DNA of 64,000 nt from an uncultured delta proteobacterium (GTDB lineage Bacteria; Desulfobacterota; Desulfuromonadia; Geobacterales; Pseudopelobacteraceae), in contig CAVYYZ010000002.1 of NCBI GenBank assembly GCA_963772835.1, forward strand, positions 288,001-352,000. The letters are read 5' to 3'. Shown here one piece after another: positions 54,049-62,497 of this stretch. The translations under genes were made by a program, and so were the position numbers. The notes beneath the pieces are model-generated. The model saw nothing but the letters and a program-made list of their open reading frames with translations, did no database searches and was not told the DNA's origin. The number at the start of each line of letters is the position of its first letter. The stretch's first letter is position 1.

Positions 54049-55215
54049 GTGAATATCGGCATAAGTTTGGTTGATTTTACACCGGGTCGCATGGGCGGGG
54101 TCGAAACCTACGTCCGCAATCTGGTTTCGTGGCTCGTGGCAAATGACCACGAGAACAGGTACACCCTGATCTGCACGGATCACAATGTTGCCTATTTTAA
54201 CGACATTCTTGACCGCGTCAATACGCTGGTATTTGAAAACGGCAAAAATTCCCCGCGCAGAATTACGCGCAGCCTTGTCAGAAAGGTTTTCCGGGTGGAT
54301 ATGATCCAGACCGGTATTGACCGTCTCGGCCTCGATCTTCTGCATAACCCGCTCACCTATGTCCGTGACAGCAGATCAAAAACCCCTTTAATCGTGACGT
54401 TTCATGACCTCCAGCACCATTATTACCCGGAGTTTTTCAAGGCCAGGGAGATAGAGAGCAGAAACAATAATTATCGCAGGGCCGTTCTTGATGCAGACAG
54501 AATGATTGCCGATTCTGAACATACGAAACAGACTCTTCTGGACAGGTACAATGTTTCCGGAGACCGTGTACAAGTGGTGCTGCTCGGGGTGGACAGCGAA
54601 TACAAACGGATTGATGATCAGGATTTTCTGGACGGGGAAAGAGATCTCCTGGGTTTATCCAGGCCGTTTTTGTATTATCCTGCCGCTACATGGCTTCACA
54701 AAAATCATGCGAATTTGTTGGCAGCAGTAAAAATTCTCAAAAACAACGGCACGTTCGATGGCGAGCTTGTTCTAACCGGAGTCGCCACTTCGGCACGAGA
54801 CGATTTATTGAAAAAAATCGAGGCGCTTGGGCTTCAGAACACGGTTCGCATTCTTGGATATCTTCCCTACGACAAACTTCCGGTGATTTACAACCTGGCC
54901 CGTGTGATGGTATTCCCGTCACTGTTCGAGGGGTTCGGCATGCCGGTACTTGAAGCGATGGCATGCGGGTGCCCCGTTGCCTGCTCAAACGTCACCTCCC
55001 TGCCCGAAGTCGGGGGGGATGCGGTCCGCTATTTTGATCCGGTATCTCCGGAACAGATTGCAGATACCGTCATAAAACTCTGGAATGATGATGCCGCACT
55101 CCTTGAGTTACGAGCAAAAGGAATTGAGAGAGCCGGACTTTTCAGCTGGGAGAAAACAGCCCGGGAAACGCTTGAAGTGTATCGTCACACCATCCGTGAG
55201 TTGAAACAGACATGA
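54049..55215 (+). CDS. glycosyltransferase family 4
   Basis: GGVETY, TFHDLQH, HKNH, FEGFGMPVLEAM, SLPEV. Confidence 0.9.
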   Translation: MNIGISLVDFTPGRMGGVETYVRNLVSWLVANDHENRYTLICTDHNVAYFNDILDRVNTLVFENGKNSPRRITRSLVRKVFRVDMIQTGIDRLGLDLLHNPLTYVRDSRSKTPLIVTFHDLQHHYYPEFFKAREIESRNNNYRRAVLDADRMIADSEHTKQTLLDRYNVSGDRVQVVLLGVDSEYKRIDDQDFLDGERDLLGLSRPFLYYPAATWLHKNHANLLAAVKILKNNGTFDGELVLTGVATSARDDLLKKIEALGLQNTVRILGYLPYDKLPVIYNLARVMVFPSLFEGFGMPVLEAMACGCPVACSNVTSLPEVGGDAVRYFDPVSPEQIADTVIKLWNDDAALLELRAKGIERAGLFSWEKTARETLEVYRHTIRELKQT

Positions 55216-55985
55216 ATGCTCCCGCTGTCTCCATAATTACCGTTGTGCGGAATGATGCCGTTCGTTTGCAGCAAACGATAGCAAGTATTTCACGATTCAA
55301 GGGCACACAGACTGAATTCATCGTTATCGACGGCGCGTCAAGCGACGATACGTGTGATGTCATAGCTTCCAACACCCGATTGATTGACAGGGTCACCAGC
55401 GAGCCTGATCACGGTATCTATGATGCCATGAATAAAGGGATTGCGCTCGCCCGCGGCAGATATCTGCTGTTTTTGAATGCCGGCGACGAGCTGCTGATCG
55501 ATGTTGAGCAGATCGTCACGGCGCAGTCTGACTCGCCTGTTCTCATTTACGGCCGTGCAAACATGATAGCACCGGACGGCACAATCCGGTATATTCAGGG
55601 GAAACGCCTTAAGAGCCTCCGACGCTTTTTGAAAGGAATGCCGGTATGTCATCAGGCCATTCTGTATCGCCGCGATGCCATGCTCCAGTACGATCTCCGC
55701 TTTAAAGTTATCAGTGACCGGGTTTTGACATATCACATCGTCAGGACACATGGTCTTGCCGCTACCAGATTTATTAATTGTATTTTTGTGAACTATTTTG
55801 ATGGCGGCTTCAGCGGGAATTACCCTTTCAAGCTTCTGCGCGATGAAGAAAATATTTTTTTCAGAAGTGTCGGTAAATCCTATTACATCACGATCAAAAA
55901 TATTAACGCGCTGTTCAAATATAAGATAAAATACCCTTTGCTGCGGTTATTTCGCAATTCACCCGGCAGGATTCCTGATAAATAA
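55212..55985 (+). CDS. glycosyltransferase family 2
   Basis: VSIITVV, IDGASSD, EPDHGIYDAMNKG, FLNAGD, HQA. Confidence 0.9.
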   Translation: MNAPAVSIITVVRNDAVRLQQTIASISRFKGTQTEFIVIDGASSDDTCDVIASNTRLIDRVTSEPDHGIYDAMNKGIALARGRYLLFLNAGDELLIDVEQIVTAQSDSPVLIYGRANMIAPDGTIRYIQGKRLKSLRRFLKGMPVCHQAILYRRDAMLQYDLRFKVISDRVLTYHIVRTHGLAATRFINCIFVNYFDGGFSGNYPFKLLRDEENIFFRSVGKSYYITIKNINALFKYKIKYPLLRLFRNSPGRIPDK

Positions 55986-56007
55986 ACATCTGATAGAGGT
56001 TCGTACC

Positions 56008-56775
56008 GTGCCTTCCGAAACACCAAAAATATCAGCATTTGTCATCACTAAAAACGAATCCGGAAAAATCAGGGATTGCCTTACCTCTCTGGACTGGGCT
56101 GACGAAATTGTCGTTGTCGATGATTTCAGCACCGATGCCACTCCTGATATCTGCAGAGAATCCGGAGTGTCTTTTCATCAGCACAGGTTCACCAGCTTCA
56201 GGGATCAGAAAAGCCATGCCATGACACTGGCGGCCAATGACTGGGTGCTGGAACTGGACGCCGACGAGAGGGTCTCCGATGAGATGAGAAGCGCCATTCA
56301 GGCGTTAACAGCAGAGGATTACACAAGGTACGACTGTTTCGAGTTCAAGCGGAAAACCCGCTTCTGGGGGAAATGGATCATGCACTCTTCTTTCTACCCG
56401 GATTACAAGGCCCGGATGTACTGCCGGACGCGAGGAGCCTGGAACGATGTCAACGTGCATGAGCGGTTCATTCCGGACGGTCTGACAAAAAAAGTTGCCG
56501 GCGACATCCTTCATGAGCAGGATCTTGACCTGCATACCTATCTGCAGCGGGTTGCACGGTATGCACACATGTCCGCCGCCGATCTCTTTGCCGGCGGGAA
56601 GCGGGCGGCATGGTACCATGTAGCCGTTCGCCCCCTGATCACATTTTTCAAGCGCTACTTCATCAGACTCGGTTTTCTCGACGGAATTCAGGGATTTGTA
56701 ATTGCTGTCATAGGTGCAATTGGTACATTTTTGAAATTCATGCGATTGTACGAGATACAGAACGAAAAAAAATAA
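56008..56775 (+). CDS. glycosyltransferase family 2 (WaaE/KdtX-like LPS core transferase)
   Basis: ITKNE, VDDFSTD, WVLELDADE, VHE, GFLDG. Confidence 0.88.
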   Translation: MPSETPKISAFVITKNESGKIRDCLTSLDWADEIVVVDDFSTDATPDICRESGVSFHQHRFTSFRDQKSHAMTLAANDWVLELDADERVSDEMRSAIQALTAEDYTRYDCFEFKRKTRFWGKWIMHSSFYPDYKARMYCRTRGAWNDVNVHERFIPDGLTKKVAGDILHEQDLDLHTYLQRVARYAHMSAADLFAGGKRAAWYHVAVRPLITFFKRYFIRLGFLDGIQGFVIAVIGAIGTFLKFMRLYEIQNEKK

Positions 56776-56802
56776 CGCCACGAAGTATTTCAGGTCAGAG
56801 TA

Positions 56803-57690
56803 ATGGTTATTATCGGTAAAAGAGCCGGACAGCTGGGGAACCGGCTTTTTGTATTTGCCCACATTATTGCAAATGCAATTGAGTACGGGTATGAAGTGCA
56901 AAATCCCAGCTTCTACGGGTATTCTCAATACTTCATGGGTACCAGGAACGACTTTTTCTGCAGGTATCCTTCCCGGATATCCAATATGCTCAGCCCCGCA
57001 CTGCAGGGTTTATTCTACAGGCTAATCAACAAGGCGGTGCTCCCCCTCTCCAGGTTCCGCACGATATCCAGGCTTTTGAACATTGCATTTCTGGATATAA
57101 CCCCTAAAAATCATCAGGCAGATTGCTATGACATGAACAATCCGGATTATATTCACCTGGCGACTTCGAACCGTCTGCTCATAATAAAAGACGCCTGGTT
57201 ATTCAGGGATTTTGTCAATTTAAACAGGCATGCCGACCAGGTTCGTACTTTTTTCACACCGGTTGAAAGGCACTCGTCTGCCGTTTCTAATCTTATTTCC
57301 CGTGCCCGCCATGACTGTGAACTGTTGGTCGGCATACATATCCGACAGGGTGACTACAAACGCTGGCAAGGTGGTAAATACTATTTTACGACACCCGAAT
57401 ATGCTGCCGTTATGAAAAGCTTCGCAATGACAATGCCGGAAAAACGAATAAAATTCCTGATATGCTCAAACGAGGAGCAGGATGAAAGTGTATTTCAAGA
57501 TCTGAATTATGTTATGGGTGACAACCACCAGCTTGAAGATATGTACGCGTTTGCCCGATGCGATTTCCTGATTGGACCTCCGAGCACGTACACGACATGG
57601 GCGTCATTTTATGGTTCAGTACCGCTTTTTACGCTCTCTACCGGCAGTGACGCCGTTTCATCTGACAGGTTCCACATATCTCAAGGGTGA
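56803..57690 (+). CDS. alpha-1,2-fucosyltransferase-like protein (GT11)
   Basis: GQLGNRLF, GIHIRQGDY, STYTTWASF. Confidence 0.75.
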   Translation: MVIIGKRAGQLGNRLFVFAHIIANAIEYGYEVQNPSFYGYSQYFMGTRNDFFCRYPSRISNMLSPALQGLFYRLINKAVLPLSRFRTISRLLNIAFLDITPKNHQADCYDMNNPDYIHLATSNRLLIIKDAWLFRDFVNLNRHADQVRTFFTPVERHSSAVSNLISRARHDCELLVGIHIRQGDYKRWQGGKYYFTTPEYAAVMKSFAMTMPEKRIKFLICSNEEQDESVFQDLNYVMGDNHQLEDMYAFARCDFLIGPPSTYTTWASFYGSVPLFTLSTGSDAVSSDRFHISQG

Positions 57691-57884
57691 CCGGTTATTT
57701 TAACCATAAAATGTTACCGGCATATGTATGCAGCCGGAAGAAGTTCGGACAAATAGCTGTGTGTTTGTTGTGGCATGCGTTTCTGCATTTATATTTTCCG
57801 CAGAAAACGATCGTATTGCCGGGTTGACAATGCATTTTCAAGTGGCTGTTACCCGTATGATGACCCGGAAAAGGAGGTATTTCC

Positions 57885-59510
57885 ATGAAGCAATTCATCA
57901 TCAATGACCAATACAATATCGGCTGGAACTGTACCACCAGACAATGCGAGGCCGGTCTTGGCGGCAAGGTGGCCATGCGGTGGCTGTCGCCGCATCAGGA
58001 ACAACGGGATTACACTTTTGAGGAGCTTGATCGTGATTCAGCACGTTTTGCCAATGTGCTCAGCGGTCTCGGGGTTGGACGTGGGGGTGTTTTTTTCACC
58101 TTCCTCCCCAAGATGCCGGAACAGTTCTTCGCCTTTTTAGGAGCTCTCAAGCTTCAGGCAATTGTCGGCACACTGTTTTCAAATTTCGGCGAGGAAGCCA
58201 TTCTGGACCGGGTCGGAGATGCAGGTGCCACGGTGATCATCACGAAGAAAGGGTTCCTGAAGAAGATCTCCCGGATCAGAGACAGGCTGCCGGCACTCCG
58301 CTTTGTCATTGTAGTAGATGCAGAGGAGCATGTTTCGGAGGACATACTCAGCTATTCCCGTTTGATGGAGCAGGCGTCAGACAGTTTCACCGTCACCCCT
58401 ACTCCGCCGGAGACGCCATCGGTACTGCATTACACTTCCGGCTCAACCGGCAAGCCCAAAGGGGTTTTGCATGCCCATCGCAGCATTCTCATGCAGCGGT
58501 TTACCTCAGAAACTGTTCTGGGACTGGCTCCGGACGATATTTTCTGGTGTACTGCCGACCAGGGGTGGGTGACCGGCACTTCCTACGGCATTATCGGCCC
58601 CTGGAGTCTCGGCGTCACTCAGGTACACTTTGGAGGCGGGTATAATGCGGAGGAGTGGTTCAATATCCTGCAGGAGCAAAAAGTAACGGTATGGTATTCA
58701 GCCCCGACCGCATTACGAATGCTGATGAGAGAGGACACCGAACTCTTCGCGCGCTTTGACCTTTCGGCCTTGCGCCATATTTGCAGTGTCGGCGAACCGC
58801 TTAACCCTGAGGTGATCCACTGGGCAAGAAGGACCATCGGCAAGGAAATATACGACACCTGGTTCCAGACCGAAACCGGAGCGATCATGATAGCAAACCG
58901 GCCAGGGCTTGAGATCCGCCCCGGATCAATGGGTGTACCGGTAACCGGAATTGAGCCGGCTGTTATCGCCGATGACGGCACAATCATCCTGGACGGGACA
59001 CCCGGCAATCTCTGCGTGAAGGCGGGGTGGTCCTCCATGTTCACTACCTATCTGAACAACCCTGCAGTCTATGCGAGCAGGATGAAGGAAGGTTATTATT
59101 ACACCGGAGACACCGCCTACCGCGATGCCGACGGTTATTACTGGTTTCAGGGGCGAAGCGACGATGTCATTAATACCGCCGGGCATTTGATCAGCCCGTT
59201 CGAAATAGAGAGCACCCTGATCGAGGTGGCGGAAGTTGCCGAGGCGGGGGTGATCGGAGCACCCGACGAACTACTGTATGAAAAGGTCATAGCCTTCGTT
59301 TCGCTTCACCGGCAGGCGACCTTCACCCGGGAGCTGGAACTGAAAATAAGGCTTCACGTAACCAACAAGCTGTCGTCTGTGGCGACACCCCATGAAATCA
59401 TCTGTGTGGAGTCCGTTCCCAAGAACAAGAGCGGCAAAATAATGAGACGCGTACTTAAAGCCAGGTATCTGGGAACAGATGTCGGTGATATTTCAACGTT
59501 GGAGGATTAA
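57885..59510 (+). CDS. AMP-forming acyl ligase of the acetyl-CoA synthetase (AcsA-like) family
   Basis: YTSGSTGKPKG, WCTADQGWVTG, SVGEPLNPE, DTWFQTETG, YYTGD, GRSDDVI, PKNKSGKIMRR; strong RBS AAGGAGGT. Confidence 0.9.
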   Translation: MKQFIINDQYNIGWNCTTRQCEAGLGGKVAMRWLSPHQEQRDYTFEELDRDSARFANVLSGLGVGRGGVFFTFLPKMPEQFFAFLGALKLQAIVGTLFSNFGEEAILDRVGDAGATVIITKKGFLKKISRIRDRLPALRFVIVVDAEEHVSEDILSYSRLMEQASDSFTVTPTPPETPSVLHYTSGSTGKPKGVLHAHRSILMQRFTSETVLGLAPDDIFWCTADQGWVTGTSYGIIGPWSLGVTQVHFGGGYNAEEWFNILQEQKVTVWYSAPTALRMLMREDTELFARFDLSALRHICSVGEPLNPEVIHWARRTIGKEIYDTWFQTETGAIMIANRPGLEIRPGSMGVPVTGIEPAVIADDGTIILDGTPGNLCVKAGWSSMFTTYLNNPAVYASRMKEGYYYTGDTAYRDADGYYWFQGRSDDVINTAGHLISPFEIESTLIEVAEVAEAGVIGAPDELLYEKVIAFVSLHRQATFTRELELKIRLHVTNKLSSVATPHEIICVESVPKNKSGKIMRRVLKARYLGTDVGDISTLED

Positions 59511-59511
59511 A

Positions 59512-59757
59512 ATGGATATTCTGGCAGAACTGACCCCGATTTTCAGAGAAGTCTTTGATGATGACAGCATCGTCATAACCCGGCAGACTACTGCTAACGA
59601 CATTGATGCCTGGGACTCCCTGTCCCATATGAACATGGTGATGGCGGTAGAGGTGAAGTTCGGTATCAGGTTTGCATTGGGAGAACTGCCATCTCTCAGG
59701 AATGTGGGTGACCTGGTTGACCTGACAGCGAAGAGACTGGCAAAAAAACAGTCCTGA
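59512..59757 (+). CDS. acyl carrier protein
   Basis: 81 aa, acidic, phosphopantetheine site WDSLSHM, VE..FGI, VGDLV; RBS GGAGG. Confidence 0.9.
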   Translation: MDILAELTPIFREVFDDDSIVITRQTTANDIDAWDSLSHMNMVMAVEVKFGIRFALGELPSLRNVGDLVDLTAKRLAKKQS

Positions 59758-59813
59758 ACCCTGCGCCTGGCGATGCGCGGCGTGACCATGACTGACGAAG
59801 GAGACGTTGCAGC

Positions 59814-61283
59814 GTGTTATTCAATTCGTACGAATTTATATTATTTTTTCTTCCTGTCACGGTGGGGATTTATTTCCAGTTGAACAGGAAACGGCTGACT
59901 GTGGCCTCCAATGCCTGGCTCCTGGTAGCGTCACTGGGGTTCTACAGCTGGTGGAATGTAAAATATCTCCCCCTTATTCTGCTCTCTATCCTGTTCAATT
60001 ACACCATTGGCTGCCTGTTGGCAGAGTATGATTCACTCAAAAAAAGAATCGTCTCAAAACGGAGTATTTTCATCTGCGGGCTGGCGGGGAACATAGTTTT
60101 TCTGTCCTATTTTAAATACATGGATTTTTTCATCGGCAACATAAATGCGGCCTTCAAGACGGATTTCCCGTTGCTGCAGATCGTTCTCCCCCTCGGAATA
60201 AGCTTTTTTACCATAACCCAGATAGCTTTCCTGGTAGATTGCTATGAAGGTCTGGTGGAAGACCGGAATCTGCTCAGCTACTCCCTGTTTGTCACTTTTT
60301 TCCCTCACCTTCTGGCCGGGCCTATCCTGCATCACAAGGAAATGATGCCCCAGTTTGAATCGGTGCGGAATAAGGTATTGAACTACAGGAACCTGTCCCA
60401 CGGACTGTTTCTGTTTTTTATCGGGCTCTTCAAAAAAATCGTTATTGCCGACGAACTTTCAAAGACAGTCAAGGCCGGGTTCGGCAACGCTGCCAACCTG
60501 AATATGGTGGAAGCCTGGGCCACCAGTCTTTCATACACGTTTCAGCTCTATTTTGACTTCAGCGGATACAGCGACATGGCCATCGGCGTCGCCCTTCTGT
60601 TCAATATTGTACTGCCGGTGAACTTCAACAGTCCGTACAAGGCAACCAATATCATCGACTTCTGGAAACGCTGGCATATGTCCCTGACCAGCTTCATCAC
60701 CACCTATCTCTATTCGCCAATCATGCGGTCATTTCGCAAAATCACCTTTGCAAAATCCATGGTGGCCACCTTTACGGCCATGTTCATCGCCGGAATCTGG
60801 CACGGTGCCGGCTGGACCTTCATCTTGTGGGGGGCGCTTCATGGCGGTGCGCTCGTGGTGAATCATCTCTGGAAAAGGCGAAAACTCGCCATGCCGCCCG
60901 CGCTGGGCTGGTTGCTTACGTTCGGTTTCGTAAATGCGAGCTTCGTCCTGTTTCGTGCCGCTAATGTAGTTGACGCAGGAAATGTGTTGAAAGGAATGCT
61001 CGGACTGAACGGCGTTCTGCCCGCAACCCACCCCTCTTTTGCTTTTGCGGATCTTGGTCATGGACAGTTCTGGAGACTTCTTATGTCGAGTGTTAAAGGG
61101 AGCGATACCACGATCTGGATATTAGTCGTCATCATGCTCTTCACTCTGACATGCAAAAATTCCATCCAATTGGAACAGAATTTCAAACCGTCCTGGAAAA
61201 ATCTGGCATTCGCGGTCGTGATCGGGTTTTACGCTCTTATCAATATGAACAAGGTCAGCGAATTTCTCTACTTCCAGTTTTAG
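59814..61283 (+). CDS. MBOAT O-acyltransferase (AlgI/PatA/DltB family)
   Basis: MLFNSYEF, LPLGISFFT, FFPHLLAGPI, YFDFSGYSDMA, NFNSPY, FWKRWH, catalytic GIWHG, C-terminal FLYFQF. Confidence 0.93.
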   Translation: MLFNSYEFILFFLPVTVGIYFQLNRKRLTVASNAWLLVASLGFYSWWNVKYLPLILLSILFNYTIGCLLAEYDSLKKRIVSKRSIFICGLAGNIVFLSYFKYMDFFIGNINAAFKTDFPLLQIVLPLGISFFTITQIAFLVDCYEGLVEDRNLLSYSLFVTFFPHLLAGPILHHKEMMPQFESVRNKVLNYRNLSHGLFLFFIGLFKKIVIADELSKTVKAGFGNAANLNMVEAWATSLSYTFQLYFDFSGYSDMAIGVALLFNIVLPVNFNSPYKATNIIDFWKRWHMSLTSFITTYLYSPIMRSFRKITFAKSMVATFTAMFIAGIWHGAGWTFILWGALHGGALVVNHLWKRRKLAMPPALGWLLTFGFVNASFVLFRAANVVDAGNVLKGMLGLNGVLPATHPSFAFADLGHGQFWRLLMSSVKGSDTTIWILVVIMLFTLTCKNSIQLEQNFKPSWKNLAFAVVIGFYALINMNKVSEFLYFQF

Positions 61284-61345
61284 GCAGTTTACAGAACCGG
61301 CCTTTCTCACATGTGGAGGGAAGGCTCATTGAAGATATGTGAAAG

Positions 61346-62428
61346 GTGGTTTTTCTGATTACTATGCATGCATACAGAGTATATAAAAAATGGCTGATCC
61401 GACTGATTCTGTCCGTCGCAGTCCCGATGATCCTGCTGGCAATCTTTAATTATGCCATCGATCCGCTCTGGTGTTTTTCCCACAGCATCAGGTTCACGAA
61501 GTACCAGAAACCGTCTAATGAGCGGCAGCAGAAGACCGATTATCTGGAGCATGTCAACACCCGGAAGTATGACGCACTGCTTCTTGGTAACAGCCGCGCC
61601 TGTATGATCAATCAAAATGATCTGTCAGGGGTGCAGGCGTACAATTATTCTCTTGCAGGGTTGACCCCCTACGAATTCCGCGAGTATCTTAACTTTTTCA
61701 AGAAGACCGTCGGGAATCCCGGGACCGTATTTTTGGGGCTGCATTTCCAGAACTCCAACGAGGAGTCGAAGGCTGCTGCCGAACCGCCTGAGTATTATAT
61801 AAAAAAGGCTCAATCCCCTTTGTACCGGTTCAAGATTTTGTTTACTAAAGATACGTTCACCTATTCCTACGAGAATCTGCTGTTAGATAGAGGTATCCGT
61901 AAAAACAGTTTCAGTGGTTATTTATATGATCATGACAACATTGCAACGCTGTTCAAGGCTAATGAAACAAAGAGGCAGAATTCTATCAGGGATGAAGTAG
62001 CTGATCTTCGGAAATCCTACCGTAACGGGTATACTTACAGGGAGGATCTGGCACAGTCACTGACAGAACTCAAACAGGAGAATTCAGGCACAAGATTCAT
62101 TCCGTTCACCACACCGGTATCGGAGCCTTATTTCTGCGCAATGGTGCTGGAAGGGAGATTCCCTCAGTACGAAAGATGGCTGAGGGAAATGGTCGGGGTG
62201 TTCGGCCAGGTATGGCATTTCGAATATTTGAATTCCATTACCCTGAATTATGACAAGAACTTCAGCGACAGCCACCATTTTTTCCCCCCGGTCGGGACGA
62301 TGATCGCCCACCGTCTTACCGGAATGGCTGATGACAATACCCCGGTTGATTTCGGGATACTTCTCACGAAAGAGACCATCGATGAACAATTGGCAAAAAT
62401 AAAAGCTGACAGTGCTGTGTGTCGATAG
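61346..62428 (+). CDS. membrane-anchored periplasmic SGNH/DltD-like partner of the MBOAT
   Basis: N-terminal TM anchor ending NYAIDP, LLLGNSR (GxS block), C-terminal FSDSHH (DxxH); start 61346 or 61364. Confidence 0.65.
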   Translation: MVFLITMHAYRVYKKWLIRLILSVAVPMILLAIFNYAIDPLWCFSHSIRFTKYQKPSNERQQKTDYLEHVNTRKYDALLLGNSRACMINQNDLSGVQAYNYSLAGLTPYEFREYLNFFKKTVGNPGTVFLGLHFQNSNEESKAAAEPPEYYIKKAQSPLYRFKILFTKDTFTYSYENLLLDRGIRKNSFSGYLYDHDNIATLFKANETKRQNSIRDEVADLRKSYRNGYTYREDLAQSLTELKQENSGTRFIPFTTPVSEPYFCAMVLEGRFPQYERWLREMVGVFGQVWHFEYLNSITLNYDKNFSDSHHFFPPVGTMIAHRLTGMADDNTPVDFGILLTKETIDEQLAKIKADSAVCR

Positions 62429-62497
62429 TATGTTGCTGAAATCGATACGTATTACCAACCAAACAGATGACGATATACGCAAAGGTATTTAATATTT

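Noticed and set aside
57771..57787. TGGCATGCGTTTCTGC as a sigma54 promoter for the ligase-ACP cassette
   Set aside because: GG and GC are 11 nt apart rather than the required 10.
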